From the NCBI RefSeq assembly GCF_009914755.1, contig NC_060931.1: a stretch of 64,000 nucleotides of DNA; one strand, written 5' to 3'. Below the pieces are notes generated by a model, which was not told where the DNA came from, did no database searches, and saw only the letters and a program-made list of their open reading frames with translations. Shown here in pieces: positions 41,941 to 56,214 of this stretch. Numbering within the stretch: position 1 is the stretch's first letter; each line of letters starts with the position of its first letter. The DNA comes from the human T2T-CHM13v2.0 reference genome, Homo sapiens. Made by a program: the position numbers and the translations under genes.

Positions 41941-44133
41941 AACAGAGAATTAAAAGGATAGTATAATGCAGATCCCTTTACTCACAATCTAGACCTATCG
42001 ATTGTTCTCTCACATTTGCTTTATGTGCATACCTATATTTACATAATCCTGAAATGCTCTAGGAATGAGTTGACACACAATAAACTAGACCTTCTAGGAA
42101 ATTGTTTTCCTACTTTGTTTTGTTTTGACTTTGTTTTTTATTAGAACAAGTTGGTAGGCTGCAAAATCATTCCTAGTGTAGCACGTGGGTTTTGTTCATT
42201 GCTTTTACATATATTATGACTAATAGTATAAAGGCTGACAGTCATGAGAATAGAGTCAGCAAGGAAGAGGGATAGGGCCTATGCTTATAATGAGGTTCTA
42301 CTCTGACTAGTGGAAAGACAGATGACTAAACTGGTTGAGTAAAGGCCCTCCTACCACTATATCATGGTATTTACCAATAATGCACTGATATGTAACAACC
42401 TGAAGAACTTTGCTAATATCAACACTCAAACGAGTTCTAGAGAACCTGCATCCTGGATACTAAGGATAGAAAGAGTGATATCGATTTGTTCATTTACTGA
42501 ATGCCCGGTACTGCTCTCTTTCGGGTGCTTACAATGCTGTCACACATAGCCTACAGCATTCTGCTTTCCACTTCTGCACTAGGAGAGGCAAGGTTCAGCA
42601 GAAAGACGGCAGGTTTGCTCTTCTAGAAAGTAGGACTAATGACATGTAAATCACAGGATTGATGTCAAGGTTAAACTGAATGAGACCTTGCAGAAAGATA
42701 TTTAGTAGCTTTCCCTGTTCTGTAGACAGAAAAAGCCTAGGCACTGTTAGCAGCTCTGGAGTCAGAACCTTGAAAGATAGTGAAGCCTAATGACCCAATG
42801 ATTTTAAAACATTTTCAGAATACCAGATGATACATAAACTGCACTGCTTGGTTACTCCTGCTCAAGGAATGGAACAATGATGTTGGTAATCCACCAGGGC
42901 AATGAACTGACTAAATTTGGGCTTGAAATGCACTGTGTGGTTTTTCTTCCTTCTAATTTTCATCTTACTAATTCTTTCTGTCTTAAAATAATGTTAACAT
43001 GTTTACTTTGAAAAATAGCAAGAGAAAGAAGAGGCAGCTGGTCCAGAAATATGTTATGTTGAAAAGCCAGTGTGGTATTTAGAACCAGGTTACAGATACC
43101 CAGTAAGTGAGAGATGCATATGTTCATAACTGCAGGCTGGCCTCTCAGGATTACATGGGTGAAAAAACCATTTCATGGACTGATTCTGCAAGTTGAATTC
43201 TATTTCAGTTCAATTGGCTAGGGAAAACAGCATGATTTAATGAACTTAACAAGTAAGATGCAGTATTAGGCTGGAAAACAGAGACATAAGGGTAGAAAAG
43301 CCAATGGTGCTCAATTGGTCCCAACACTCAGGATTGAAAGGCTGTGCTCATGTCTGCATGGGAGCATGGTAGGCATTCCTATGGCGTGATAAGCAGGGCT
43401 TGGAGAAATAAGCTTGGATGTTCAAGGGATAATTCCTCTGGATTTGTAAAGGGGAAATCTTTGATCAGAGAAAATATGCAATATCATAGTTGGAGAAAGA
43501 TTTAGGAAAAATAGTTGGGGGTATCTGCTATGAAAAAATCCTGAGACAGGCAATATTTTCTTCCTCTCTGCCACTGGACACAAAGATAGACTCTGGCAAA
43601 GAGGGACCCTGCCCCAAGCCCTGAATCTAAGGGGACCGTCATGCTTTTGAGCACCTTTCTTACAGTTTCCTAAGTCTTCCTCTGGCAGAAGGGACCAGCT
43701 GCAGCTGCAGTGCCATCTGGTCAGGGCATCCTGAGAGCCTGTACCAGGACTGGGCTTTGGTTGCCATATCTCCCCTTCGGAGCACTCCCCAACACTACTC
43801 CATGTGTACGGTCGATTATATGCTTCTGGAACTCTAGGGCTCCTATCCACAAAGGTGTTGTGAGCATGAAGATGGGGCCTATTTCCAGGAGGGTGAGTGG
43901 TAAGATGGTGAGACTGTTCTTTTTGGTCAGCTTGGCATTTCACTTATGGAAACCCCTGAGACTGGCCATCAGAATGTTGCTGATAAGCTTATTTCAAGTG
44001 ACTCCAACTTTTTATATGGAAGAGGTCCCCAGCAAAAAATATTTGCTCAGGGCCATAATCCTAAAGGGAGGGTGAACATTGGATTTAAAATCCAGTCATC
44101 AAGTTAGAAGAAAAGCCAATCCAAAACACTTTC

Positions 44134-44433
44134 TTTTTTTTTTTTTTTGAGACAGGGTCTCGCTCTTGTCACCTAGGCTGGAATGCAGTACTGTGATCAT
44201 AGCTCACTGTAACCTCGACCTCCTGGGCTCAAGAGATCCACCTGCCTCTCAGCCTTCTGAGCAGCTGGGACTACAGACACATACTGCCATGCCCAGCTAT
44301 TTTTTTTTTTTTTTGTAGAGACAGGGTCTCACTGTGTTGCCTAGACTGGTCCCAAACACCTGGCCTCAAGCAATCCTCCTGCTTTGGCCTCCCAAAGTGT
44401 TGAGATTACAGATGTGAGTCACCATGTCTGGCC
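44134..44433 (-). mobile_element. AluJ
   Basis: Reverse Alu with gggctcaag; TSD ccaaaaca(c/t)tttct. Confidence 0.9.
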
Positions 44434-44484
44434 CCAAAACATTTTCTGAGGACAAGAATTGAAAAAGAGAGAGAAATAACCTTG

Positions 44485-44660
44485 CACATACACACATATT
44501 TATGTGTGTATATACATGTATATATACACATGCACACATATATACGTGTGTATATACACATATATACACATGTATATATACATATATACGTTATATACAC
44601 GTATATATATGTGTATATACACACGTATATATACATATACGTGTGTATATACACACATAC
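44485..44660. repeat. (TA/CA/TG) low-complexity alternating purine-pyrimidine tract
   Basis: tatatacacatg... units; source of several spurious YIHT-type ORFs. Confidence 0.9.
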
Positions 44661-47600
44661 ATGATTGCTTTATTTTTTGTCTTGATCTCTTGTTAGAATC
44701 ATATTTATATGGAATAGATTTGATTTCCAGGGACAAAATATCTTTTAAATCTTTATTTCTTAAAGTGTTTTACCAAACACCCATTTCCTAGGAAAGCATA
44801 TTTTGGGGGTGAAGGAGAGACTGAGAAATTCTTCCCTAAACAAAGTTGAATGGAACTTTGTTACAGAACTTTTCAGAGCCTTAAACATGCCGATGTAAAC
44901 TGTGAAAAATCAAAAGGGATGTAGCCCCTCAGTCTCATGTAAACAGAGACTCCCTTTTCAAAGCATCTAATGATACTAGTTTTCCTCATAAACATGCTTT
45001 GGAAAATGCTGTTTTAAAAGAATAATGTAGGGACACAAACACACAAAGAGGAAGGGAAAGAAAAAGAGAGAGAATGGATTTCTAAGTTCTTAGGATGGAA
45101 AAATAGGGAACAATTTTTTGGACCTTTGGAAGATCTGTTTTTGTAAACACAAAACCAGAAAAGCAAGTAAACCATTGGGTCATAACCACGGGGCATCTCC
45201 CTACAAGCAGATAAGAACATTTACCAGAAAAAATTCTATGCTACATTTAAAGTTTGGGCCATTAGAGGGCTCTCCAGATCTAATGGATTTCTGTCTTCAA
45301 TCCCAGGACACACTCAGGAGAGAATCATCACCGTGATGGTGCTTGGTGGAGGAGACAAACAAATCCATCTGAGACTGGGTACATTTCAGTCATTACATTT
45401 TGAGCTTCTGGGCAGGAATAACACAAATGCTTTTCTTCCCCCATTAAGTGCATGATAAAAATAGCAAGCTGGGGACATAGATCAATCTTCTAAATGTAAA
45501 TGACTCATTTAAAAAAATTAAAATAAATGTAGACGGATCATCCTATATTGCTATATGTGTCAGAGAAAACCTTTTCAGGTACATCAAAGCTGTCTAGTTT
45601 TCAATGCTGTACTTCCTTGCAGTTAGCATCTCATTTTTCCCAGGTATTGTTATTTATTCTCTTTTATCTATTTATCTGTAGATTATCAAATACATTATTG
45701 TCTGGATGATACAGTTCATTCACTTATAATACGTAGCTCGACCTATAATCTGATCAACACATCTAAGGTTATAAGCACTCATGTGTATGTGTATGTGTCC
45801 AACTACCCTAAATATGGAAGACTTTGAGTCACACTAGTTTTGAAGGGAGCAGTTATGAATGGTCAGTCATAGCACACACTTGACTCAGCTGGGTATTTCT
45901 CTGGAATAAATCTATTAATTCACTGTGGTGCTTTGTTAATGGTCACTGATTAGTGCCATGTGGAATCCTGATAACTTTAAACAGTGGCTCCCACAGTGTG
46001 GTGCCAACACCAGCAGCATTAGCAGCATTTTCCTCAGAAATGCAGATTCCTGACCTCATCCCAGACCTGCCAAATCAGAAACTGCTGGATGGGCTGAAGT
46101 AACATAAAATGGCTATTTATAGCTACAGAGGAACAAGCCACTGAAGAAACTGCCAAGATGCTTCAGGGAGAGACAGCATCTGTATATTTTTAATTAAAGC
46201 CAGATTATGTCACTCAATAAACCAGAAAGCAGACAGAAATATAAATCCCTGTTTCACTCCCGCTTTTGACATCTTGACATGAGACAAATGGTCATTTAAT
46301 CCATGGAAACACTCCAAGTCATACTCTGTGGTCCAGCTGCTAGAGCCATGTCGCTTTTCAGATTTAGAAAAATGGCAGAAACCCCTTTCTGACTCCTCCC
46401 CAGATTAGAAGAAAACAATATAAATAAGGCTGTGCCCCCGAAAATGCACTCCTATAATGTCTCTGGTGCTTAGTTCTTCCAAAATTGCCTGGAAGACTGA
46501 AGGATGTGACACACAGCCAGTGAGATATAAGAGGTATTGATGGAGAGACACTGAAAGCTCCCACATTCCTTTCCCAGCAGCCTTGGGGTTATGCATAAAG
46601 CACTAGCAAAGCCTAGGCAAGCAGACCCGGGAATAGTGTCCTCACAGGAGCTGCAGCTGGAACATGCTTCTGTTTGGAAAGGCACTTCCTCTGCCCCAGT
46701 TCTTAACTTTTCCCATCACTCTCACTCAACAGTACCAGCAAAAGCGAATGCTCTTTTAAGTACTTAGGGGACTCTCCTGGCATCTGTAATTTTCAAAAGT
46801 GCTTTGATCCTTTTTCCCCCCACCATCAAGTGTCCTTACCTATGAGCCAGCAAATTACAAATACAAAGAAAAAACATTTAAAAAGAAAGAACACTTCTGA
46901 ACCTCATCTTTACTTCACAATGAGTCTGCATGTCATGTTGTCTCTACTTCAGTTGCCTTGTCTACCAAATGGGGATGTCCTCAGCTAAGCACACAAGGCT
47001 TCTAGGTGACCAAAGTCTCTATTTGTGATGGAACTGAGAGGATGCTCTTGGAGGGTCCAGGTCAAAGCAACTGAGTAAGGGTATTGTTGCCTTAAAACAC
47101 TCCCAGTTCGAAAATTCATGTAGCGAACAAAGAGAATGAAGCTGGGCAGTAGCAAATGCAAAGGGACTGTACAACTTTGGAAATTAGAATTGCTCAAGTT
47201 TGTCCCAGGACAACTGGCAGATGCTGGGTAAGATCCTTTGGCGCTAAGACAGCTATCCCTGGCGGCATCTCGGTATCCACAGACATACAATCTGGCCATG
47301 CACCGATAAACACCATTCTCAAAGGAGCTGCTAAATCACATCTCAAGCCCCAGTTAATTTTATCAAACTCAGCATCTTATGCATACAACAGAAGAAAGAA
47401 AACAATAGCTCAAAGCATTTTGCCTATTGATAAGTGTGCTTGAAAAGAATGAAAAATCATGATTTGCCACTGCATTGTGTCTGAGTTTTTATTTTCTGAG
47501 GTCCCTATTATTATCAATACACCATCTCTGCTATTATTAATATGATGTGATTATAATCGGCATATTATGCATAGTGTAGTGATTGATGTACTCAGTAATT

Positions 47601-48322
47601 ATAGTACTGCATTAGCACCTCTTGTAAAATGTAAATATTATTCCAGACCCTGAGAACACTGAGAAGAAATAGTATCACCATGACTTCTGTATGGTCTTTT
47701 ACTTGTAGAAAAAAGAGATAGTTTCAGTGACACTAGAGGCAGCTCTGGAAGTCATGATAATTCTTGAGTCAATTAAAAAAAAAAACACAAAAAACAGCCA
47801 CTAGCAGGAACAGGCCTGCAAGTAGCTGCGGTGGGATATGTGAACCCAGGTATATTCAAAATCAGTAGGAACACTGACTTTCATTTGCCAATTCATGTAA
47901 ATAATATGCCCCTGTTGAAGGACAAAAGACTTAAAATTATTCACCTCTTTCAATTTCATTTCCTATCTCTACTAAGAATCAATAGAAGACATAAACATGA
48001 AATAATATATAAAGAGATGTTTATCGAAGTGCTGGTGAAGCAACAAAAAAGTTGGAAGCAACTTGTGGCCAATAATCAGGGGTTGGTACAACCAACTGAG
48101 AGAATACTATGGGCAAATATGTTTTTGCAAACACAATATTATGACATGAAAATATGCTCAATAAAATTAAGTAGAAAGGTCAGAAATACATGATAGTACA
48201 GTCTCAATTTTATAGTGCAAAATTGATATATACTCAGTGATTTGGGAAGACTAAAAGAAGACAGACCAAAGGGCACTAGTGGTCATGTCAGAGTGGTATG
48301 ATTTAAGTGATTATTAAAATTC

Positions 48323-48611
48323 TTTTTTTTTTTTCCTGAGATGGAGTTTTGCTCTCGTTGCCCAGGCTGGAGTGCAACGGCACAATCTTGGTTCACCGCA
48401 ACCTCCGCCTCCCACCTCCTCCTGCCTCAGCCTTCCGAGTAGCTGGGATTACAGGCATGCACCACCATGCCCGGCTAATTTTTGTATTTTTAGTAGCGAC
48501 AGGGTTTCCCCTTGTTGGTCAGACTTGTCTCGAACTCCTGACTTCAGGTGATCTGCCCGCCTTGGCCTCCCAAAATGCTGGGATTACAGGTGTGAGCCAC
48601 TGCGCCCAGCC
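48323..48611 (-). mobile_element. AluS with short internal deletion
   Basis: Reverse Alu lacking the gggttcaagcgattc segment. Confidence 0.9.
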
Positions 48612-48624
48612 TACAATTCTTTAT

Positions 48625-51600
48625 TCTGGGAGATTCTCAAGATGGCCGACTAAAGAAAACTAGTACATGCTTCTTCCACAGAGCGGAAGCAAAATAGCAA
48701 GTAGATGTTCACACTGTGAATAGATCACCTAAGAGAGAACACTGGGATTCAACAGAGAAGTGATGGGAAGCACTGAAAACAAGCAAGGAGAGGGCAGCAA
48801 GGCTTTCCTCAGCTGGGATCCAGGAGAAGCTCCCAGATGTGAGGAAAAGATAAGTGAGAATTCCCAGGACTCCACATACCCACCACCATCTTTTTACAAC
48901 CCTAGCTATGGGAGAACCCCTCAACTGATATGGGCTTCAAGATTTACATGGGTAGCTGCCTAGGGACCACACAGAGACATTGTTCCAGAGAGAGAACTCA
49001 CAAGGAGCCCCATAGGCAACCATGTCCTGAGTGGCTGCAGCTCGTAGGCATTCTGAGCTAAGCCCCCAAAAGGACTGCATTCTGCTCTGGGGCAGATACT
49101 GCCACTGTCATGGCCAGGCCAAGAAGGGAGAGGAGAGGCCTCGCACTTTCATGTACTGCTAGGAGAAATCTTATGCACCTCTGAGGGCTGCTGTGGAACC
49201 AAGAAATGAGAAAACTGCACTCCCCACAGACCCACAGCTACCTGCCTATACTACACCACCTTAGAGGGGCCCCCACCTTCCCCAGTTGCAGTGGGTGCCA
49301 TTCTGAAAGCCTAGCTTCCAAAGGTCTGCATCCCTCCCTGGGGCCAAGGCTGATGCTACTGCTGCTACCACCAGGCCAAAGAGGGAGAGGGGAAGCCAGG
49401 CACTTGCAGACACTTTGTGGACAAATCCCACTGCTGCTGCTGCAGGTTGCAGCGGGACCAAGGCACAAGGAAACTACGTGTCCCACAGCTACCTCCCTAC
49501 ACTGCTCCCACCATGAGAGGCTTTGACCTCCCTAATAGCAGGTCCGCAGGGCAGTGTGGTGCCTCCTACACCTGAACATTTTGTCAGCAGGCTGGAAACC
49601 ACCCTACCCAGCATGTCACAACCAGTGTCAATGTAGCTTGACCTCAGGACAAGCTATTGGATCAATCTTGTCACCCCAGTGCTTCAGCATGCTGTTCAGG
49701 GGCCTGGAAATCTCCCAGCCCAGTCTACCACTGTTGGCACCTGAATATTCCTCCTGGGTCTGAGATTGGGCCAGCCCAACCTGCCAAAGCTACCACAGGT
49801 GGCACCCACCAGAATGCACCAGCAGCAGGCCAAGGGACTGGCACACCCCACCTGTCATAGCTATCACCAACACCAGAGTGGACCACTTGGGTTCCCGTGG
49901 GTTACTCCACCACCGCTACTGACATCACCCACATCACAGCAGCTGCCCAGAGATTTGAGAACCTGACCACACACTCAACCTACTGCTGCCACTACCAATA
50001 TCTGAGCAAGCCACCTGGAGCCCAAGAATCAGCCTGTCTGGACTCACTAACACTGGAGCTAGTGTAACCCACATTGGAGCCAAGCACAAGCAATGCTCAG
50101 TCTACCACTGCCTCCACTGGGGCCCAAAGACTGGTCAACCTGGCATCCTTGTCCTCAGCAAAACTTTACCCTGGCCCCCTGCTAGCAAATGCACCCTAAG
50201 TCATTGAGGAAATCACAAGTACAACTGACACTATTTACAGCCAAATAAATTATACAAAGATCACACTACTACATGTGGCCAAAATCAAAGCCAAAATGTC
50301 CGACCCAACCAACAACATATATACATCTTCAGAGAAAAGCCCTCCCCTACAAAAACCAATTTCAAAGAATTGGAAGAAGCAACCAGATTGGAAATTGGAA
50401 GTTATACCAGATGCACAGATATCAACACAATGAAACAGAATCATAAAACAGCAAGGAAATATGACACTTCCAAAGAAACAAGATAAAGAATTCAAAATAT
50501 TGCTTTTAAAGAAGCTCAGTGAGATACAAGAAAATTTTGAAAAACAAAGAAATCAGAAAAACATTTTAGGATATGAATGAAAAATTTACCAAAGAGATTT
50601 TTTTAAAAGAAACAAATAGAAATTCTGGAACTGAAGAATTTGTTGACTGAAATACAAAACACATTTGGAAGTTTCAACCAGAGGCTAGATCAAACAGATG
50701 AAAGCATCTCAGAACTTTAAGACAGGTCTTTGAAATAACCCAGTGAGACAAAAATAAATAAAAAAGAATGGACAAAGCCTTCCTGATATTTGGGACAATA
50801 TAATGCAATGAAATATTTGAATTATTCGTGTCCTTGAGGGCCAAGAGAGAACAAATGGGCTAGAAAATCTATTTAATGAAGTATTAGGTTGAAAACATCC
50901 CAAGTCTAGCAAGAGACCTAGCCATCCAGATATAAGAAGCCCAAATATCCTTAAACAGATACAATGCAAAAAGGTCTTCTCAATGCTATATTACAGTCAG
51001 ACTATGTACTAAGGCAAAAATAAAAGACAGAATCCTAAGAACAGCAAGAGAAAAGCATCTGTTTATTTAGTCAGTTTATCTTTTAATTTAATCTGTTTTC
51101 TTTCAAGGCTATTACTAATATGTGAAGTTTTGTGACTGTCATAATGTTAATTGTTTTCTGGTCATTTTGTATGTGTGTGTGTATATATGTCACATATATA
51201 TGTCATACAATGACATATATGTCACCATGGTTTGGTAGTATACTGCAGTAGTACCACTTGAGTCATTCCTCTTCCTCATTTGTGTGTTTGGTCTCACAAA
51301 AAGATTGCGGAGGGATGGAGGGAGGTGGGCAAAGGTAAAATACTACCTACTAGGGACTATGTTCACTATCTGGGTGATGAGATCATTAGAAGCTCAAACC
51401 TCAGCATCACGCAATATCTCCATGTTACAAAACTCCACATGTATCCCCTGAATCTATAATAAAATAAAAATAAAGAAGTCTCCCAACAAACAGAAGCCTA
51501 GAATTAGTTGAATTCACAGCCCAACCCTATCAATACCAGTCCTCCTGAAACTATTCCAAAAAACTGAAGAGGAAAGAACTCTCCCTAACTCATTCTACAA

Positions 51601-54250
51601 GGCCAGCACTATCTTAATACCAAAACCAAACAAAAACACCAACAACAAAAAGAAAACTATAAGCAAATATTCATGATAAACATAAATGCAAAAATCCTTA
51701 ACAAAATACTAGCAAACCAAATCCAACAGCACATCAAACAGATGACACACCACGACCAAGTGGGATTTATATCAGGGATCTAAGGATAGTTTAACTTATG
51801 CAAAACAATAAACCTAATATATCACATCAACAGAATTAAGCACAAATCTACATGATTATCTCAATAGATTGAGAAAAAGCATTTGATAAAATTCAACACT
51901 GCTTCATGATGAAAACTCTCAACCAACTAGGAAATAGAAGGAACTGACCTCAAAATAACAAAGGCCATATATGACAAAAGCACAGGTAGCATCATAGTGA
52001 ATGGGAGAAAAGCTGAAAGCCTTTCTTCTATGAACAAGATAAGGAACAAGATAAGGATGCCCACTTTCACCTCTCCCATTCAATATAGCACTGGAAGTCC
52101 TAGCCAGAGCAATCAGGCAAGATAAAGAAATAAAAGGCATTCAAATTGGATAAGAAGAAGCCAAATTGTTCCTCTTTGCTGATAGTATGACCTTATAGCT
52201 AGAAAAAATGAAAGAATCCACCCAAAAAAAACCTCCTAAATATGATAAATAAGTTCAGTAAAGTTGCAGGATATGTAAAAAAAATCAACATACAAAAATC
52301 GGTAGCATTTCTGTACACCAATAAAGAGCCAGAAGGGAAAGAAATCAATATGGCAATACCATTTACAACAGCTACAACAAAATAAAATACCTAGGAAGAA
52401 ATTTAGCCAAGGAAGTGAAAGATCTGTATGAGGAAAACTACAAAATACTGATGAAAGAAAATTAAAAGGACAAGGATCAGAAAAATTAATATTGTAAAAA
52501 TAACCATAATGCCCAAAGCAATCTACAGATACAATGCAACGCCTACCAAAATACCAACAACATTTTCAGCAGAATTAGAAAAAATCATAAAATTTGTATG
52601 AAACCAAAAAAAGAGCCAAAATAGCCAAAGCAATTCTGAGCTACAAGAACAAAGCTGGAGGCATCACATTACCTGACTTCTAAACATATTACAAGTCTAT
52701 AGTAACCAAAACAGCATGACATTGGTATAAAAATAGACACGTAGACCAATGGAACAAAATACAAAGCCCAGTAATAAATCCACATTTTGACAGCCAACTC
52801 ATTTTCAGTAAAGGTATCAAGAACATATACTGGGGAAAGGACACCTTCAATAAATAGTGCTGGGAAAATTGGATATCTATATGCAGAAAAATAAAACTGG
52901 ATCCCTGTCTCTCCTGATATATAAAAATCAACTTAAGATGAATTAAAGGCTTAAACATAAGACCCAAAACTATAAAACAACTAGAAAAGGACATAGGGAA
53001 ACACCTCAAGACATCAGTTTAAGGAAAATTGCATGGGTAAGACCTCAAAAGCACAGATAACTATAATAATAATAGAAAAAATGAGGCTATATTAAACTAA
53101 ATGGCATCTGCACACAAAGGAAACAATAAATAGGGTGAAAAGACAACCTGTTGAATGGGAGAAAATATTTACAGACAGACATTCAACAAGGGAATAATAT
53201 TCAGAATGTACAAGGAACTCAACTCAATAATTAAAAAAACAAATAATCCCATGAAAAAGTGGGCTAAGGACATAAATAGACATTTCTCAAAAGAAAACAT
53301 ACAAATGGCCAACAGATATATAAAAACATGCTTAGCATCACTAAGTATCAGAGAAATCCAAATCAAAACCAAATTGAGATGTCATCGTACCCCAGTTAGA
53401 ATGGCTATTATTAAAAGAACAAAACATAATAGATGCTGGCAAGGATATGGAGAAAAAGGAACTCTTATACAGTGTTGGTGGGAATAGAATTGGTGCAACT
53501 AGTACAGAAAACAGTAGGGAGATTCCTCAAAAAAACTAAAAATAGAACTACCATAAGATCCAGCAATCCCATTATTGGGTACTTATCCAAAAGAAAAGAA
53601 ATGTGTATATCAAAGGAATACCTGCACTTGCATGGTTATCACAGCACTATTGATAACAGTAAAGATAGAGAATCAACCTAAGTGTCCATTGATGGGCAAA
53701 TGGATATAGAAAATGTGGTATAGACACACAATGGTATAGACACACACACACTACTGAATCAAAAAAGAATGAAATAATGTTGTTTGCAATAACATGGATG
53801 GAGCTGGAGGTCATTATGTTAAGTGAAATAAGCCAGGCACAGAAAAGACAGATGCCACAAATTAATAATATATGGGAGCTTAGAAACAATCGATCTCATG
53901 GAGATAGAGGATAGAATAATAGATACCAGAGGCTGAGAAGGATGTGTGGGTGGAAGGAGGAGATAAAGAGAGGTTGGTTAGTGGATGCAAACATACAGTT
54001 AGATTGAACAAATAAGCCCCAATATTCAATAGCAGATTAGGGTGACTGTAGTCAGCAACACTGTATTAGGTATTTCAAAGTAGCTAGAAGAGACGACTTG
54101 AAATGTTACCAATGCATAGAAATGATAAATGCTCAAGGTGATAGATACCCCAAATACCCTAACTCGATCATTCCACATCCTATGCATATAACAAATACAT
54201 GTGTCCCATAAATATGTAAAATATTTGGTATCAATAAAACAATTTTTAAA
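48625..54250 (+). mobile_element. Near full-length rearranged L1 (L1MA-like): 5' UTR, ORF1 part, ORF2 RT/C-terminus, 3' UTR
   Basis: caagatggccgac 5' start, GC-richer UTR, ORF2 remnants (ORF 53155..53487 ...[24 protein letters not shown]...), L1MA-type 3' UTR ending aataaaac; antisense to AMPH. Confidence 0.88.
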
Positions 54251-54522
54251 AATAAGATAAATTATTCATTTTACACTTTTCAATATTTTTCCAATTTTCT
54301 ATAAGTATATACTACCCTTAATTAAAAAAAAGATAATTTTCAAATACCGTACATCTCCCATGTAAGAATGCTTCAGACTAACCAAGTAATTAAAACAAGC
54401 CTGAATGACAATTAAAATTATGTTGTTGGTTCTGGAACCGCCACTTTCTTTAGGGCTAGCCCCTGAGAGTCCTTCCACCATGGGACTTTCATGGACATAC
54501 CAGCCCTGAACCAGGCACTTAC

Positions 54523-54651
54523 CTGGGAAGGTGTTGTCACACTGATTTCTGGAACAAAGTTGTCCTCAAAGAAACTGATGATGTTCTCCTGCTGCAGTTC
54601 CTTTGTCGGGGTGACTTTAGGTAGAGGTGGGACAGGAGGCCCTTTCCTTGT
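54523..54651 (-). CDS. AMPH: Amphiphysin exon ~11 (129 nt; [43 protein letters not shown]; FxDxF AP-2 motif)
   Basis: gcttcctag|ACA AGG AAA ... TCC CAG|gtaagt; phase 0/0. Confidence 0.97.
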
Positions 54652-55169
54652 CTAGGAAGCATTAAATACAAACATTAATCCAGCCAAAGACAATGTGTCA
54701 GACACGAAGAAAGGTCACATGAACAGAGCTACATGGACAGATTGAGCTCTGATTGAAACTTGTATCTGCATATAGCAGCAAGCCTATCTGATACAGGTAA
54801 AGAATGCTGTCTACTTGTGAGGCTCTCTGAGCCCTGATAAGCCATGGTTCAAGGCAAAAACAAAACTGAGGCTATAAGAGTCCATTCATCTCAACTCAAG
54901 TACAATACACAGAGCTGTAGGGCCAGGCACATATACTTTAAAGGTTAAACTAGGGCAATACCCTCTTCTGAACTAAACTGAAAATAATTTCTCATTTTGG
55001 AAATAAATTAAAATTTCAAAACTAAAGCAGCTTTTCATTTGAATTGGTGAGACCTACTATAGGCAGCTTACATTTCACTTTCCATTCAAGGATTTTGAAA
55101 AGTAGAAAACTTTAAAGGTCTGTTTAATGCATGTATCTTCCCAAGACTTTCCTTAGTTCAACTACATAT

Positions 55170-55594
55170 AGATGGTCCTCAACTTATGATGGTTCAATCT
55201 ATGATTTTTTTGGACTTTAGGAAAGTGTAAAAGCAATAGGCATTCAGCAGAATGTGTGAAAACACTCTCTCATGAGGCGGGGCAGTGGCAGTGAACCACA
55301 CTTCCCAGTTAGCCCTGTGATCACGAGGGTAAATGACTGCTATTATGTTCTACAGTGTACTATAGTCAGTAAATTACACAAGATATTCAACACGGTTATA
55401 AAATAGGCTTTGTGTTACATAACTTTGTCTAACTGTAGGCTAATGTTAAGCGTTCTCGGCGCGTTTAAGGTAGGCTGGGCTAAGTCATGATGCTCAACAG
55501 GTTAGGTGTATTTAATGCATTTTAACTTGCAATATTTTCTACTTACGATGGGTTTATCAGGACACAACCCCTTTGTAAGGCAAGCAGCATCTGT
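55170..55594. mobile_element. MER82-like TcMar-Tigger DNA transposon
   Basis: TIR-like ends agatggtcctcaacttatgatgg... / ...gtaaggcaagcagcatctgta. Confidence 0.7.
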
Positions 55595-56214
55595 ACAAGA
55601 AAGCTTGAACTGGACTGGGGACTATAAATTTTTCTACAGAAATTTCATTTTCACCCAACATAGGGAGAATAAAGGTGGTAGTTTCTCTCTACAGTTACCT
55701 TTGCCCAGCCCTTATTGTTTCTCTTCAATTATTTCTTCAATTCAATTTTATTAAGTGGCCACTCATATGCAAGTGTGTGTACTAAAAAATGTCCAGGTGT
55801 ACCAAAAAATGTGAGATGACATATAAACATAACCGCTTTTCTTGGCAGTACCTGCCAACTCTAAACCACTAGGAGAGGGAAGGTTTCATGCAGAGGTAGG
55901 ATTTAAATGGAGCATTGAAAGAAAAGAGTTTTGTAGCAAGAGATAGGAGAAGAGAGAGCATGCTCGCCTGAGCATGCCGAGAACGTGGTAAGAAGTCCCA
56001 AAAAACTTGAATATAGGGCATGTGAGGAAATATCAAGTCAAATAAGAAAAGCAGGTGGATACCTTCATGACAATCACAATGCCTAAAGCCTCACATCTCA
56101 GTCTCCCTAACTGGAAACTTCTCTTAAAGCCCCGGCACCATGGGATTATCCTAGATGGGGCCACCTTCATCTCATCATGAGCTCTATCCCCCAATATATT
56201 TGACCTCTTCCTAC

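Noticed and set aside
43422-44075. 173-aa and 121-aa ORFs
   Set aside because: No recognisable domain or exon signals in phase with AMPH; consistent with chance ORFs in slightly GC-richer intron DNA.
46985-47443. Overlapping 104/95-aa ORFs with several CpGs in intron 11
   Set aside because: The nearest NAGNAG acceptor leads to an immediate in-frame TGA; no recognisable protein similarity.
55852-55860. Alternative 9-nt microexon candidate AGTTGGCAG in intron 10
   Set aside because: Weak acceptor with a stronger upstream AG giving a non-triplet exon; appears to lie in an L2 remnant. The 57329-57337 candidate has far better signals.
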